From: an uncultured Thermus sp.
Lineage (GTDB): Bacteria > Deinococcota > Deinococci > Deinococcales > Thermaceae
Reading direction: 5' to 3'
NCBI GenBank assembly: GCA_947085095.1
Contig: CAMTVD010000014.1
Location: 1 to 64,000 of the forward strand
Length of the DNA: 64,000 nt
The translations under genes and the position numbers were made by a program. Below are positions 22,278 to 39,823 of the stretch, in pieces. The notes under the pieces were generated by a model that saw only the letters and a program-made list of their open reading frames with translations, searched no databases and had not been told where the DNA came from. Each line of letters begins with the position of its first letter. The first letter of the stretch is position 1.

Positions 22278-23591
22278 TCATCCCAGCCTCTCCTTAAGGG
22301 AGCGGAGGAGGCTTTGCACCTCCCGGTCGCTCTCCGAAAGCTCCTGCACCTTCTGGATGGCGTAGAGCACCGTGGTGTGGTCCCGGCCACCGAAAAGCTG
22401 ACCGATTTCCGGCAGGGAGGAGCGGGTGAGGTCCCGCACCAGGAACATGGCGATCTGCCGGGGTAGGACCACCTCCTTTCGCCGCCCACCTCCCACCAGG
22501 TCCTCGGGGCGGAGGGCGAAGTGCTCCGCCACCACCCGGACGATCTCCTGGGGGTCCACCTCCACTTCCCGGGGGGCGAAGATGTCAGAGAGGGCCTTGG
22601 CGGCCACCGGGCGGGTGAGCTCTATCCCGTTGAGGGAGGCGTAGGCCACGGCCCGCATGAAGGCTCCCTCGAGTTCCCGGATGTTGGAGGTTACCTGGCG
22701 GGCGATGTACTCCAAAACGTCCTCGCCCACGCGGAGGCCCCGTTGCTCCGCGTTCATCTTCAGAATGGCGATGCGGGTTTCCAGTTCGGGGGGTTGGATG
22801 TCGGTGATCAGCCCCCACTCAAAGCGGCTTCTGAGGCGGGCCTCGAGGGTGAGGATGTCCTTGGGGGGGCGGTCGGAGGAGAGGATGATCTGCTTGTGGG
22901 CCTCGTGGAGGGCGTTGAAGGTGTGGAAGAACTCCTCCTGGGTGCGCTCCTTTCCGGCGATGAACTGGATGTCGTCCACCAGGAGCAGGTCCACGGAGCG
23001 GTAACGTTCCCTGAACTCCGCCATCCTGTCCTCACGGATGGCGTTGATGAGCTCGTTGGTGAAGGTTTCCGTGGAAACGTACTCTATCTTTAGATGGGGA
23101 AAGCGCTTGGCCACCGAGTGGCCCACCGCGTGCATCAGGTGGGTTTTGCCCAGGCCCACCCCCCCGTAGATGAACAGGGGGTTATAGGCCCGCCCCGGGG
23201 ACTCGGCCACGGCCACGGCGGCGGCGTGGGCCAGGGAGTTGTTGGGGCCCACCACGAAGTTCTCAAAGGTGTACTTGGGGTTCAGCTTGGGCTGGTGGGC
23301 CTCCGCTTTGGGGGTGGCGTGGAAGATGTCCTCCTGGACGGCGGCGCTGGGCACCACCTGGAGTTCAAAGCGGGGCACCTGGGCCCCCAAAAGCCCCAGG
23401 GCCTCCTGGATGAGCCCGGCGTAGTGCCGCCTGATCCAGTCCAGGGCGAAGGAGGTGGGCACAGCCAGCTCCAAGACCCCCTCCTGGATGCCCAGGGGAC
23501 GGATCCTTTCAAACCAAGTGTGGTACTCCACCTCGGTGATGTTGCGGCGAATGTGCTCCAGAACGTGTTGCCAGACCGCCTCGTGCGTCAA
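22278..23591 (-). CDS. dnaA: chromosomal replication initiator DnaA
   Basis: [36 protein letters not shown] start. Confidence 0.98.
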   Translation of the reverse strand: MTHEAVWQHVLEHIRRNITEVEYHTWFERIRPLGIQEGVLELAVPTSFALDWIRRHYAGLIQEALGLLGAQVPRFELQVVPSAAVQEDIFHATPKAEAHQPKLNPKYTFENFVVGPNNSLAHAAAVAVAESPGRAYNPLFIYGGVGLGKTHLMHAVGHSVAKRFPHLKIEYVSTETFTNELINAIREDRMAEFRERYRSVDLLLVDDIQFIAGKERTQEEFFHTFNALHEAHKQIILSSDRPPKDILTLEARLRSRFEWGLITDIQPPELETRIAILKMNAEQRGLRVGEDVLEYIARQVTSNIRELEGAFMRAVAYASLNGIELTRPVAAKALSDIFAPREVEVDPQEIVRVVAEHFALRPEDLVGGGRRKEVVLPRQIAMFLVRDLTRSSLPEIGQLFGGRDHTTVLYAIQKVQELSESDREVQSLLRSLKERLG

Positions 23592-23653
23592 GGCTACCCC
23601 CGTCGTCCGGAGGAACATTCTACGCCAGAAGCTTGGGTAAAGTGGAGGGTGGC

Positions 23654-26924
<3,271 letters not shown>

Positions 26925-26941
<17 letters not shown>

Positions 26942-27731
26942 CGGTCTGGGAAGGGGCCTCGAGGCCCTCCTTCCCAAGGGGAGCGGGGGGGTGGTGCGCC
27001 TGCCCCTCACGGCCATCCGTCCCAGCGCCTCCCAGCCCCGGAGGCGCTTTTCCCAGGAGAGCCTGGAGGAGCTGGCGGCCTCCATCCGGGAAAAGGGCCT
27101 TCTCCAGCCCCTCTTGGTACGCCCCAAGGGGGAAGGGTACGAGCTGGTGGCCGGGGAAAGGCGCTTCCGGGCCGCCCAGATGGCAGGGCTTTCCGAGGTG
27201 CCCGCAGTGGTGCGGGACCTCACGGACCGGGAGGCTTTGGAGCTGGCCCTGGTGGAAAACCTGCAACGGGAGGACCTTTCCCCCGTGGAGGAGGCGAGAG
27301 GGTACCAGACCCTCCTGGAGATGGGCCTCACCCAGGAGGAGGTGGCCAGGCGGGTGGGGAAGGCCCGCTCCACGGTGGCCAACGCCCTAAGGCTCCTTCA
27401 GCTTCCCGAAGAGGTCCTGGAAGCCTTGGACTCGGGGGCCATCACCCCTGGCCACGCCCGGGCCCTCCTGATGCTGGAGCCTGGGGACCGCCTTTGGGGC
27501 CTGCGGGAGGTCCTGCAGAAGGGGCTTTCCGTGCGCCAGGCGGAGGCGCTTAGGGAACGCCTGGGCCGGGAACGGAAGCCCCAGGAGGCCTCCCCTTTGG
27601 CCCTGGAGCTTTCCCGGCACCTGGGCCTGCCCGTGAGGGTGGTGGGGGGGAAGCGGGGCAAGGTGGTCATCCACTACCGCTCCTTGGAGGAGCTGGAGGC
27701 CCTGCTGGAGCGCCTGGGCTACCAGGCGTAG
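26925..27731 (+). CDS. spo0J: chromosome partitioning protein Spo0J/ParB
   Basis: [41 protein letters not shown]. Confidence 0.96.
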
Positions 27732-29755
27732 CCGAAGCTGACCCGGACCGCTCCCATGCGGTCCGTGCGGTACACCCGGACCCCGTGGGCCTCCAGGCGC
27801 TCCAGGACCTCGGGGTGGGGGTGGCCGTAAGGGTTTTTGCCCACGCCGATAAGGGCGATCTGGGGCTTGGCCCTGGACAGGAGGGCCTCGGAGGTGCCCG
27901 TGGGGGAGCCGTGGTGGCTGACCTTGAGGATTTCCACGGCCCCAACGAGGAGCCGTTCCTCCACGGCCTGGGGCAGGTCTGCCACCAGGAGGGCGCTGGC
28001 CGGGCCGAGGTCCAGGAGAAGGGCCAGGCCGTCCTGGTTGTCGTCCCCGCTCAGGTGGGAGGGCCAGAGGACCTCGAGCCCCCCCTTGCCTACCCGGAGC
28101 CGGGAGCCCGCCCCCGGGTAGAGGAGGGCCACCCCCTTGGCCTCCAGGGCCTGGACCAGGGGGTGGTCCTGGGGAAAGGCGGGGGAGAGGAGGGCGAGGC
28201 CCACGGGAACCTCCTCCACCACCCGCAAAAGCCCCCCGAAGTGGTCGGCGTCGGGGTGGGTGGCCACCAGGACCTCGAGGGCCTCCACCCCCAGGGCCCT
28301 CAGGGCCCGCACCACCTTCTCCCCCTGCTCGGGCCTTCCCCCATCCACGAGCACCTCGGCCCCGCCCAGCCGGGCCAGGAGAGCGTCCCCCTGGCCCACG
28401 TCCAAAAGCCAAAGGTCCAGGGGTTTGGGGAGGCTCGCCATCAGGCTCATCAGGATGGGCAGGGTGGTGAGGAGAAGCGCCTTCCGCCAGGAGAGGGCGC
28501 GGTAGAGGGCCAGGAGAAGGGGCAGGAGGCCCAGGTAGTAAAGGGCGAAGCCCCAGGGGGAAACCTCCCCCCACCAGAGGAGGGGACCCCGCGAGACCCC
28601 TTCCGCCAGGGCCAGAAGGGCCCGGGCCAAAGGCTCCACCAGGAGGGCCAGGGCCCCTCCCAGGAGGAGCTTGAGGAAGCCCAGGGGCACGAGAAGGGCG
28701 ACCAGGGGTATGGCCACGAGGTTGACCAGGGGGGAGAGGAGGGGGAGGAAGTGGAAGCGGTGGAGGAGGAGGGGGGCCAGGAAGGCCTGGGCCGCCAGGC
28801 TGGCGGCGAACCCGGCCAAGAGGTAACCCCGGGCCCCCGGGGGCAGCCTCAGGGCGGGGAGGACCAGGGCCAGGCCCAAGACCGCCAGATGGGAGAGCTG
28901 GAAGCCCAGGCTGAGGAGGGCCTCGGGCTGGAAGAGGAGCTGGAGGAAGAGGGCCACGCCCAAGGCCTGGATCACCCCCGCCGCCCCCAGGCCCAGGAAG
29001 AGCCCGATAAGGGAGAGGCCCGCCATGAGGCTGGCCCGCACCAGGGAGGGGCTTGGCCCCGCCAGAAAGAGGTAGAGGGGGAGGAGGGCCAGGGCCAGGA
29101 GGTACCGCCATCGCCCCAAGGGGAAAAGGAGGAGGGCGCTTCCCACCAGAAACCCCACATGGAGGCCGGAGACCGCCAGGAGGTGAGCCAGGCCCGCCTT
29201 TTGGAAGAGGGGGTAGGCGGCCTCCAGGCCCTCCTTGTCCCCCAGGACCAGGCCCTCCAGGACCTCCTTGGTGGGAGGGGAGAGACCCGCCACGAGCCTG
29301 TCCCGGAAAGGGGCCCGGGGATCGGGAAGAGGGGAGAGCAGGCCCGCCCGTTCCACGTGAAACACCCCCCTCACCCCCTGGGCCAGAAGCCAGGCCTTCT
29401 CGTCAAATCCCCCGGGGTTGCGCCGGGGCTCGGGGGGAGCCAGGTACCCCCTCAGGTGGTAGACCCCGTCCTCCAAGGGGGGGAAGTGCCTCAGGCGCAG
29501 GCGGTGTCCCTGCCACTCCGTGAACCCGCCCTGGACCACGAAGGTGCCCTCCACCCGCGCCCCGTAAGGGGGTTCGGGAATGGGGAAAAGAAGGCCCCGG
29601 CCCAGGACCAGGAGGAGGCCCAGAAGGAAGGGGAGGCGTTGCCAGAGGGCCAAAGGGGGAGCAAGGACCAGGGCTAGGGGATGGAGAAGGGCCAGGGCCC
29701 CCAGGAGGCCGCCCAGGCCCAGGCCCACCCCGGGGGAGGATAAATCCCTTCTCAT
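27719..29755 (-). CDS. comEC: DNA uptake protein ComEC/Rec2
   Basis: RNPGGFD, AHLLAVSGLHV, DVGQGD, THPDADH, HHGS, NPYGHPH. Confidence 0.95.
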   Translation of the reverse strand: MRRDLSSPGVGLGLGGLLGALALLHPLALVLAPPLALWQRLPFLLGLLLVLGRGLLFPIPEPPYGARVEGTFVVQGGFTEWQGHRLRLRHFPPLEDGVYHLRGYLAPPEPRRNPGGFDEKAWLLAQGVRGVFHVERAGLLSPLPDPRAPFRDRLVAGLSPPTKEVLEGLVLGDKEGLEAAYPLFQKAGLAHLLAVSGLHVGFLVGSALLLFPLGRWRYLLALALLPLYLFLAGPSPSLVRASLMAGLSLIGLFLGLGAAGVIQALGVALFLQLLFQPEALLSLGFQLSHLAVLGLALVLPALRLPPGARGYLLAGFAASLAAQAFLAPLLLHRFHFLPLLSPLVNLVAIPLVALLVPLGFLKLLLGGALALLVEPLARALLALAEGVSRGPLLWWGEVSPWGFALYYLGLLPLLLALYRALSWRKALLLTTLPILMSLMASLPKPLDLWLLDVGQGDALLARLGGAEVLVDGGRPEQGEKVVRALRALGVEALEVLVATHPDADHFGGLLRVVEEVPVGLALLSPAFPQDHPLVQALEAKGVALLYPGAGSRLRVGKGGLEVLWPSHLSGDDNQDGLALLLDLGPASALLVADLPQAVEERLLVGAVEILKVSHHGSPTGTSEALLSRAKPQIALIGVGKNPYGHPHPEVLERLEAHGVRVYRTDRMGAVRVSFGYAW
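29349..29364. promoter_or_regulatory. second parS-like site within comEC
   Basis: CGTTCCACGTGAAACA, 1 mismatch to TGTTNCACGTGAAACA. Confidence 0.5.
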
Positions 29756-30060
29756 GGCCTCACGTAAGGCCTTAGCCTCTCCAGGGTGGCGGGCCCGATC
29801 CCCTTAATCTTGAGGAGGTCCTCCACCTTCTCGTAGGGCCTTCCCTCCACGATCCGCCTGGCCAAAACTGGGCCTATCCCAGGGAGAGCCTCCAGCTCCT
29901 CGAGGCTGGCCCGGTTCAGGCTGAGGGGCTCCGGCGCCGGGGGGGTGAAGGAGGCCTCCACCAGGACCTCCACCTGGATGGGCTGGGCCCTGGGGGAGAG
30001 CTTGGGCCAGAGGCTTAGGAGGGCCAGAAGGGCTACCGCAAGGAGGTAGCCAAGGACCAC
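29752..30060 (-). CDS. comEA: ComEA helix-hairpin-helix DNA-binding protein
   Basis: TM anchor, [32 protein letters not shown] start inferred. Confidence 0.9.
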   Translation of the reverse strand: MVLGYLLAVALLALLSLWPKLSPRAQPIQVEVLVEASFTPPAPEPLSLNRASLEELEALPGIGPVLARRIVEGRPYEKVEDLLKIKGIGPATLERLRPYVRP

Positions 30061-30704
30061 TCCGTCAGGGCCAGGCCGATCCCGCCCAGGACCACCCCCG
30101 CGAGGATCCAGGGGTCGGCGCTGGGGTTCAGGGCCACGAAGGCCCCGGTATAGGCCAGGGTGAGGAGGGCCAGGAGCCTGAGGGGCAGGGCTAAAGGGTT
30201 CCCACCCCGCTTGGGTTTGGCGGCGGGCCTGGGCGGGGCTTCCTGGGGCTCCGGGGCCAGCTCCACGGAGGAGGCCTTGGGGGGGACCTCCTCCTCCCAA
30301 AGGGGGGAGGGCTCCGGGGTCTTGGGGCCTGGGGCAGGGGGAGGGACCTCGCGGCTTGGCGTGGGGGGAGGGGTGGCGGGAAGACGGGGGCTTGGGGAGG
30401 GGGAAGTGGTGGCCTTGCGAGCCCGGGCCACCTGCGGCTTCAGGCCCTCGAGGAAGGCCTTGAGCTCCTCCAGGGGAAAGGCCTTCAAGGGGATGGCCAG
30501 GCTGGCTTCCTCCCCTTGCACCGCCAAGGTCCCCTCTTCCCCACGGCCCACGCGGCGGATGCGGGCCAGCTCCAGGCGCTGAATCCCCTTATCGTCCACG
30601 AGAACGAGGTGGGTTTCCGTGACGGCCAGGAATCCTCCCGGCCCCTCCAAACGCAATAGAGCCCGCTCTCCCAGGCGGGAAAAGGCTTCCTCGTACTTCC
30701 CCAT
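30033..30704 (-). CDS. hypothetical protein (PH-like N-domain, Pro-rich linker, two C-terminal TM helices)
   Basis: FLAVTETHLVLV beta pattern; Pro-rich middle; hydrophobic C-terminus. Confidence 0.65.
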   Translation of the reverse strand: MGKYEEAFSRLGERALLRLEGPGGFLAVTETHLVLVDDKGIQRLELARIRRVGRGEEGTLAVQGEEASLAIPLKAFPLEELKAFLEGLKPQVARARKATTSPSPSPRLPATPPPTPSREVPPPAPGPKTPEPSPLWEEEVPPKASSVELAPEPQEAPPRPAAKPKRGGNPLALPLRLLALLTLAYTGAFVALNPSADPWILAGVVLGGIGLALTEWSLATSLR

Positions 30705-30727
30705 GGCCCCATTGTATACTGCCCCCC

Positions 30728-31357
30728 ATGCCCCTTCGCTTAGGCCACCGCGGCATTCCCCTGGGGGTGCGAGAGAACACCCTGGAAGCCTTCAGGAAAG
30801 CCATGGACTCGGGCCTGGACGGGTTTGAGCTGGACGTGCACCTCACCAAGGATGGGGTCTTGGTGGTCCACCACGACTTCACCCTGGAGGGCACCCCCAT
30901 CGCCAGCCTCTCCCAGAAGGAACTTCCCCCTTACGTCCCCACCCTCGAGGCCGTCCTGAAGGCCTTTCCTCAGGCCTGGATCAACGTGGAGCTGAAGAGC
31001 CTCCCCCCGGAGACCGACGGGCGGGAGGAGGCCTTGGCCCGCCTTCTCTCCCGCTACCCCTCGGAGCGGCTTTGGGTGAGCTCCTTTGATCCCCTGGCCC
31101 TGGTGCGCCTTAGGCGCCTTGGGGTGGAGCCCCTGGGCCTCCTGTACGAGAAGCCCGAGGCCCTGGAGCTCGCCCCCTGCCTGGGGGTGGCCTGGGTCCA
31201 CCCCTGGGAGGCCCTCCTCAGCGAGGAAGAGGTGCGCCGCCTCAAGGCCCGCTACCGGGTCCTGGCCTGGACGGTGAACGAGCGCTCCCGCGCCGAAGCC
31301 CTCGCGGCGTGGGGGGTGGACGCCCTGGTCACGGACTTCCCGGAAGTCCTCATATAA
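30728..31357 (+). CDS. glycerophosphodiester phosphodiesterase
   Basis: GHRG, ENTLEAF, ELDVHLTKDG, WTVN, TDFP. Confidence 0.92.
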   Translation: MPLRLGHRGIPLGVRENTLEAFRKAMDSGLDGFELDVHLTKDGVLVVHHDFTLEGTPIASLSQKELPPYVPTLEAVLKAFPQAWINVELKSLPPETDGREEALARLLSRYPSERLWVSSFDPLALVRLRRLGVEPLGLLYEKPEALELAPCLGVAWVHPWEALLSEEEVRRLKARYRVLAWTVNERSRAEALAAWGVDALVTDFPEVLI

Positions 31358-31367
31358 TGGGGGGGCT

Positions 31368-31895
31368 ATGGCGAACCTGAAGAGCCTTCCCGTGGGAAAG
31401 GGCGCTCCCGAGGTGGTCCACATGGTGGTGGAGGTGCCCCGGGGCTCGGGCAACAAGTACGAGTACGACCCGGAGTTGGGGGTGGTCAAGCTGGACCGGG
31501 TGCTCCCCGGAGCCCAGTTCTACCCCGGGGACTACGGCTTCATCCCCTCCACCCTGGCCGAGGATGGGGACCCCCTGGACGGCCTCATCCTCTCCACCTA
31601 CCCCCTGCTGCCCGGGGTGGTGGTGGAGGTGCGCCCTGTGGGCCTCCTCCTCATGGAGGACGAGAAGGGGGGGGACGCCAAGATCCTCGCTGTGGTGGCC
31701 GAGGACCAACGCCTGGACCACATTCAGGACATCGGGGATGTCCCCGAGGGCATCAGGCAGGAGATCCAGCACTTCTTTGAGACCTACAAGGCCCTCGAGG
31801 CCAAGAAGGGCAAGTGGGTCAGGGTGACGGGCTGGCGGGACCGCCAGGCGGCTTTGGCAGAGGTCCGCGCCTGCATCGCCCGCTACGGGGGCTAG
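31368..31895 (+). CDS. ppa: inorganic pyrophosphatase (family I)
   Basis: KYEYD, YGFIPSTLAEDGDPLD, FFETYK. Confidence 0.97.
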   Translation: MANLKSLPVGKGAPEVVHMVVEVPRGSGNKYEYDPELGVVKLDRVLPGAQFYPGDYGFIPSTLAEDGDPLDGLILSTYPLLPGVVVEVRPVGLLLMEDEKGGDAKILAVVAEDQRLDHIQDIGDVPEGIRQEIQHFFETYKALEAKKGKWVRVTGWRDRQAALAEVRACIARYGG

Positions 31896-31942
31896 GGCGG
31901 CCTCCCCTCCTAAAGGGGTAGAATCCCCCTAGGGGGTGGCCT

Positions 31943-32437
31943 ATGGTCTGTCCGGTTTGCGGTGAACCCCTGGACCTGGAGGGGTACGAAACGGGGAACC
32001 TCCTGGACTGCGAGGCCTGCGGGGCGGTCCTCCGTCTCCTTTCCGATGGCACCCTGGAGGTGGTGGAGGTGCCCGAGGGGGCGGAGGAGCCCCTTTGGGG
32101 CCTCGAGGCCTATGGGGAAGGGGACGAGGTGGTCCTGCGCTTTTCCGATGGCACCCTGGAGGAGGAGGTGCGCGTCCCTAAGGTGGCGCTTCTGGAGGCC
32201 CTGAGGCGGTTAGAGGAAGAGGTGGGCGAGGAGCCTCCCAAGGAGGCGGAGGACGAGCCCAACCTGGAGCCCGACTACCTCACCGTGCACCTGGAAAGCG
32301 ACCTGGGCCTTCTGGCCTTGCGGCGCGTCCGCTTTAGGGGTGCCCCCGACATCCTGGAGTTCACCCTGCCCTCGGGTTCCCTCTACGAGTTCTCCTTCCG
32401 GGAGGCGGCGCAGATGCTCAGGCCCATCCTCCTTTGA
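31943..32437 (+). CDS. acidic protein with LysW-like zinc ribbon N-terminus
   Basis: CPVCG...CEACGAVL; very Glu-rich. Confidence 0.65.
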   Translation: MVCPVCGEPLDLEGYETGNLLDCEACGAVLRLLSDGTLEVVEVPEGAEEPLWGLEAYGEGDEVVLRFSDGTLEEEVRVPKVALLEALRRLEEEVGEEPPKEAEDEPNLEPDYLTVHLESDLGLLALRRVRFRGAPDILEFTLPSGSLYEFSFREAAQMLRPILL

Positions 32438-33225
32438 TGCGCCTGGTCCTGGTCCCCACCCCCATCGGCAACCTGGAGGACATCACCCTGAGGGCCCTTC
32501 GGGTGCTGAGGGAGGCGGAGGTGGTGGCCTGCGAGGACACCCGGCGCACGGGGCTTCTCCTCCGCCACTACGGCATCCCCACCCCCACCCTGCGCCTGGA
32601 CCAGCACACCCTGGACCGGGCTAAGGAACTCCTCGCCCCCTACGCCTACGTGGCCTACGCCACGGACGCGGGCACCCCCGGCATCTCCGACCCCGGGACG
32701 GAGCTGGTGCGCCTGGCCTTAGAATGGGGCTGGCGGGTGGAAGCGCTTCCTGGCCCCACCGCCCTCATCCCCGCCCTGGTGGCCTCGGGGTTGCCCACCC
32801 ACCCCTTCACCTTTGAGGGCTTCCTCCCCAAGGGGGGAAAGGAGCGGAAGGAGCGGCTTCAGGCCCTGGCCCGGGAAGGGAGGACCGCGGTGATCTACGA
32901 AAGCCCCCATCGGCTCAGGAGGACCCTCCAAGACCTCCTGGAGGTCTACGGGGAGGACCACCCCGTGGCCGTGGCCCGGGAGCTTACCAAGATCCACGAG
33001 GAGGTCTTCCGGGGCAGGTTGCGGGAGGCCCTGGACCGCTTTTCCGAGCCCCGGGGGGAGTTTGTCCTGGTCCTGGGGCCCAAGAAGCCTCCCCCGCCTG
33101 AGGGCCAGAGGCTCCTTCGGGAGCTCAAAGCCCAGGGCCTTTCCGGAAAGGCCCTCTTCCGGGCCCTGGTGGCGGCGGGGGTACCCCGGAACGAGGCCTA
33201 CCGTTTGAGCATGGAGGAAGGATGA
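32437..33225 (+). CDS. rsmI: 16S rRNA Cm1402 methyltransferase RsmI
   Basis: PTPIGNLEDITLRA, CEDTR, DAGTPGISDPG, YESPHR, RELTKIHEE. Confidence 0.96.
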   Translation: MRLVLVPTPIGNLEDITLRALRVLREAEVVACEDTRRTGLLLRHYGIPTPTLRLDQHTLDRAKELLAPYAYVAYATDAGTPGISDPGTELVRLALEWGWRVEALPGPTALIPALVASGLPTHPFTFEGFLPKGGKERKERLQALAREGRTAVIYESPHRLRRTLQDLLEVYGEDHPVAVARELTKIHEEVFRGRLREALDRFSEPRGEFVLVLGPKKPPPPEGQRLLRELKAQGLSGKALFRALVAAGVPRNEAYRLSMEEG

Positions 33226-34190
33226 AGCGGATTGGGGTATTCACCAGCGGGGGGGATGCCCCCGGCATGAACGCGGCCATCCGGGCTGTGGTGCGCCAGG
33301 CCTACGCCCTGGGGATTGAGGTCATCGGCATCCGGCGGGGCTATGCGGGCATGATCCAGGGGGAGATGCTCCCCTTGGGAGTGCGGGACGTGGCCAACAT
33401 CCTGCAACGGGGAGGGACCATTCTCCTCACCGCCCGGAGCCAGGAGTTCTTCACCGAGGAGGGGCGGGCCAAGGCGGTGGCCAAGCTGAAGGCCGCAGGG
33501 ATTGAGGGTCTGGTGGCCATTGGGGGGGACGGCACCTTCCGCGGGGCCATGCGCCTCATTGAGGAGCACAAGGTCCCCGTGGTGGGGGTGCCGGGCACCA
33601 TTGACAACGACCTCTACGGCACCGACCACACCATCGGCTTTGACACGGCGGTGAACACCGCCCTGGAGGCCATAGACCGCATCCGGGACACCGCGGCCAG
33701 CCACGAAAGGGTCTTTTTCATTGAGGTCATGGGGCGGAACGCGGGCTTCATCGCCCTGGACGTGGGCCTGGCGGGGGGGGCGGAGGTGATCGCCCTGCCC
33801 GAGGAGCCCGTGGACCCCAAGGCCATCGCCCAGGGGCTTTTGGAGTCGCAGAAGCGAGGGAAGACCAGCTCCATCGTGGTGGTGGCGGAAGGGGCCTACC
33901 CCGGGGGGGCGGCGGGGCTTTTACTGGCCATCCAGGAGCACGTCAAGGTGGAGGCCCGGGTCACGGTCCTGGGCCACATCCAGCGGGGAGGGAGTCCCAC
34001 CGCCAGGGACCGCATCCTGGCGAGCCGCCTGGGGGCGGTGGCGGTGGAGGCCCTGGCCGGGGGGACGAGCGGGGTGATGGTGGGGGAGGTGGAGGGGGAG
34101 GTGGAGCTCACCCCCCTCAAGGAGGCGGTGGAGCGCAAGAAGGACATCAACCGCACCCTGCTCTCCCTATCGCGGGTGCTGGCCCTCTAG
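33222..34190 (+). CDS. pfkA: ATP-dependent 6-phosphofructokinase
   Basis: TSGGDAPGMNAA, GGDGT, PGTIDND, EVMGR, GHIQRGG. Confidence 0.98.
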   Translation: MKRIGVFTSGGDAPGMNAAIRAVVRQAYALGIEVIGIRRGYAGMIQGEMLPLGVRDVANILQRGGTILLTARSQEFFTEEGRAKAVAKLKAAGIEGLVAIGGDGTFRGAMRLIEEHKVPVVGVPGTIDNDLYGTDHTIGFDTAVNTALEAIDRIRDTAASHERVFFIEVMGRNAGFIALDVGLAGGAEVIALPEEPVDPKAIAQGLLESQKRGKTSSIVVVAEGAYPGGAAGLLLAIQEHVKVEARVTVLGHIQRGGSPTARDRILASRLGAVAVEALAGGTSGVMVGEVEGEVELTPLKEAVERKKDINRTLLSLSRVLAL

Positions 34191-34628
34191 GGCAAGGGCC
34201 TTACGGAGCCAGGGGGTCTGCCAGGCCAGGCGGAAGACCTCGCGGGCGAAGGGGCTTTGGCTAACTCCTTGGTAGACGGGGGTGGGGAGGTTCACCGAGG
34301 GGTAGCGAAGGGTGCCCCCCACCGTTTCCCAGGGAAACCCGGTCCAGAGGCTCAAGGAGAGGAAAAGCCCGAGGAGAAAGCCCCCCAGGGTGCCCAGAAG
34401 GGCCTCGAGGCCCTGGGAAAGGGGGGGCAGGGGGAGGCTTTTTCCCAGAAGCCCCAGGAGGAGGCCAAGGCCCAAGCCCCACCAGGGTCCGGAAAGCCCA
34501 AACTGGGCCAGGGGAAGGTAGAGGAGCACCCCAAGCCCGGCGAAGGCCAGGGGAAGCCCCCCTCGGTAGCCCAAGGCGATCCCCAGGGCCAGGCTGAAGA
34601 GGGCCAAAAGGTCCACCCAGGTGAGCAT
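34167..34628 (-). CDS. hypothetical membrane protein (CvpA-like)
   Basis: MLTWVDLLAL..GYRGG start; several TM helices. Confidence 0.6.
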   Translation of the reverse strand: MLTWVDLLALFSLALGIALGYRGGLPLAFAGLGVLLYLPLAQFGLSGPWWGLGLGLLLGLLGKSLPLPPLSQGLEALLGTLGGFLLGLFLSLSLWTGFPWETVGGTLRYPSVNLPTPVYQGVSQSPFAREVFRLAWQTPWLRKALALEGQHPR

Positions 34629-34637
34629 GGCTAGAGT

Positions 34638-38705
<4,068 letters not shown>

Positions 38706-38756
38706 GGCGTCATGGTACGCTCTGGCCACCGGACAGGCCCCCGCCTTGGCGCCCCC

Positions 38757-39806
38757 TTACCTGACCGGGGCCCGAAGAAGGGCCAAAAAGGCCAGGGCCA
38801 TCCCCAGGCCCACGGCCAGGGGAAAGCTGTGGAGGAAGAGGGGGTAGAGGAGGCCCGCCAGGGTGCCCCCCAGGTAGAAGCCCGCCACGTAGGCCCCGCT
38901 CACCCCCGCCCCCCGCCTCCCCGCCGCTCCCGAGGCCAGGCTCTGGGCGGTGAAGAGGGCGGCCATCATGAGGACGAAGCCCAGGACCAGCCCGGGCGGG
39001 GGGAGAAGGAGGAGGGCCATCCCCAGGATGGTCCCCAAAAAGGCCAGGCGGAAGGTGGCCACGGGGCCAAACTTTCGGGAAAGCACCCCGGAGAGGGCGC
39101 TTCCCGGGATGCCGAAGAGGTAGGCCAGGTAAAGGAGGCCCACCTCCCCCGGCCCAAAGCCCATCTCCAGGAGGCGGTAGGGGAGGAGGTTGGCCAAAAA
39201 GAGGTTCAGGAAGAGGAGGATGCCCCCCACCAAATAGAGGGGCCAGGCCCTGAGGTCGTACCGGGGCGGGCCTAAAGGGGGCAGGCGGGAGGGGGTGCGG
39301 AGGAGGAAGAGGCCCAGCAGGAGGGCGGGCAGGGAGAGGAGGAGAAGGGCCCCTCGCGCCCCCACCCCCTCCGCCAAAAGCCCCGCCAACACCCGACCAA
39401 GCCCCCCGCCCAAGACGTTGCCCGCCATGTAGATGCCCGCCATCTCCAAAGCCCTCTGCGGGAAGAGCACGGGCACCAGGGCGATGGCCAAAGCGGGCAC
39501 CAGGGCTGCCCCCACCCCCTGGAGGAGGCGGGAAAAGGTCCAGAGGAAGAGGCTGGGGCTGAGGGCTCCCAAAAGCCCCCCAAGCCCCACCAGGAGGAGC
39601 CCCCCGCCCAGGATGACCCCCGCGGGCAGGGAAAGCCTCGGCACCAGGGGGGAGAGGAGGACCAGGAGGAGGAGGGGGAGGCCCACGCCCGGCCCCGCCG
39701 CCCCCGGGGGTGCGTCAAAGAGCTTCTCTATGAGGGGAAGGAGGGGGACCACGGCGTAAAGGGCGCTGTAGAGGGCCACCCCCGAGAGGAGCACGGCCAG
39801 GCCCAC
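38757..39806 (-). CDS. MFS transporter (YnfM-like)
   Basis: Multiple TMs; RLLQG, GIYMAGNVLGG, YYLGG-like motif. Confidence 0.85.
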   Translation of the reverse strand: MGLAVLLSGVALYSALYAVVPLLPLIEKLFDAPPGAAGPGVGLPLLLLVLLSPLVPRLSLPAGVILGGGLLLVGLGGLLGALSPSLFLWTFSRLLQGVGAALVPALAIALVPVLFPQRALEMAGIYMAGNVLGGGLGRVLAGLLAEGVGARGALLLLSLPALLLGLFLLRTPSRLPPLGPPRYDLRAWPLYLVGGILLFLNLFLANLLPYRLLEMGFGPGEVGLLYLAYLFGIPGSALSGVLSRKFGPVATFRLAFLGTILGMALLLLPPPGLVLGFVLMMAALFTAQSLASGAAGRRGAGVSGAYVAGFYLGGTLAGLLYPLFLHSFPLAVGLGMALAFLALLRAPVR

Positions 39807-39823
39807 CCCCTTATCCTAGGCGT

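Noticed and set aside
22025..22281. ORFs with repeated VDN/LWIT peptides; repeat array could be mistaken for CRISPR
   Set aside because: These are translations of 9-bp DnaA boxes in oriC; no ~30-bp repeats with spacers.
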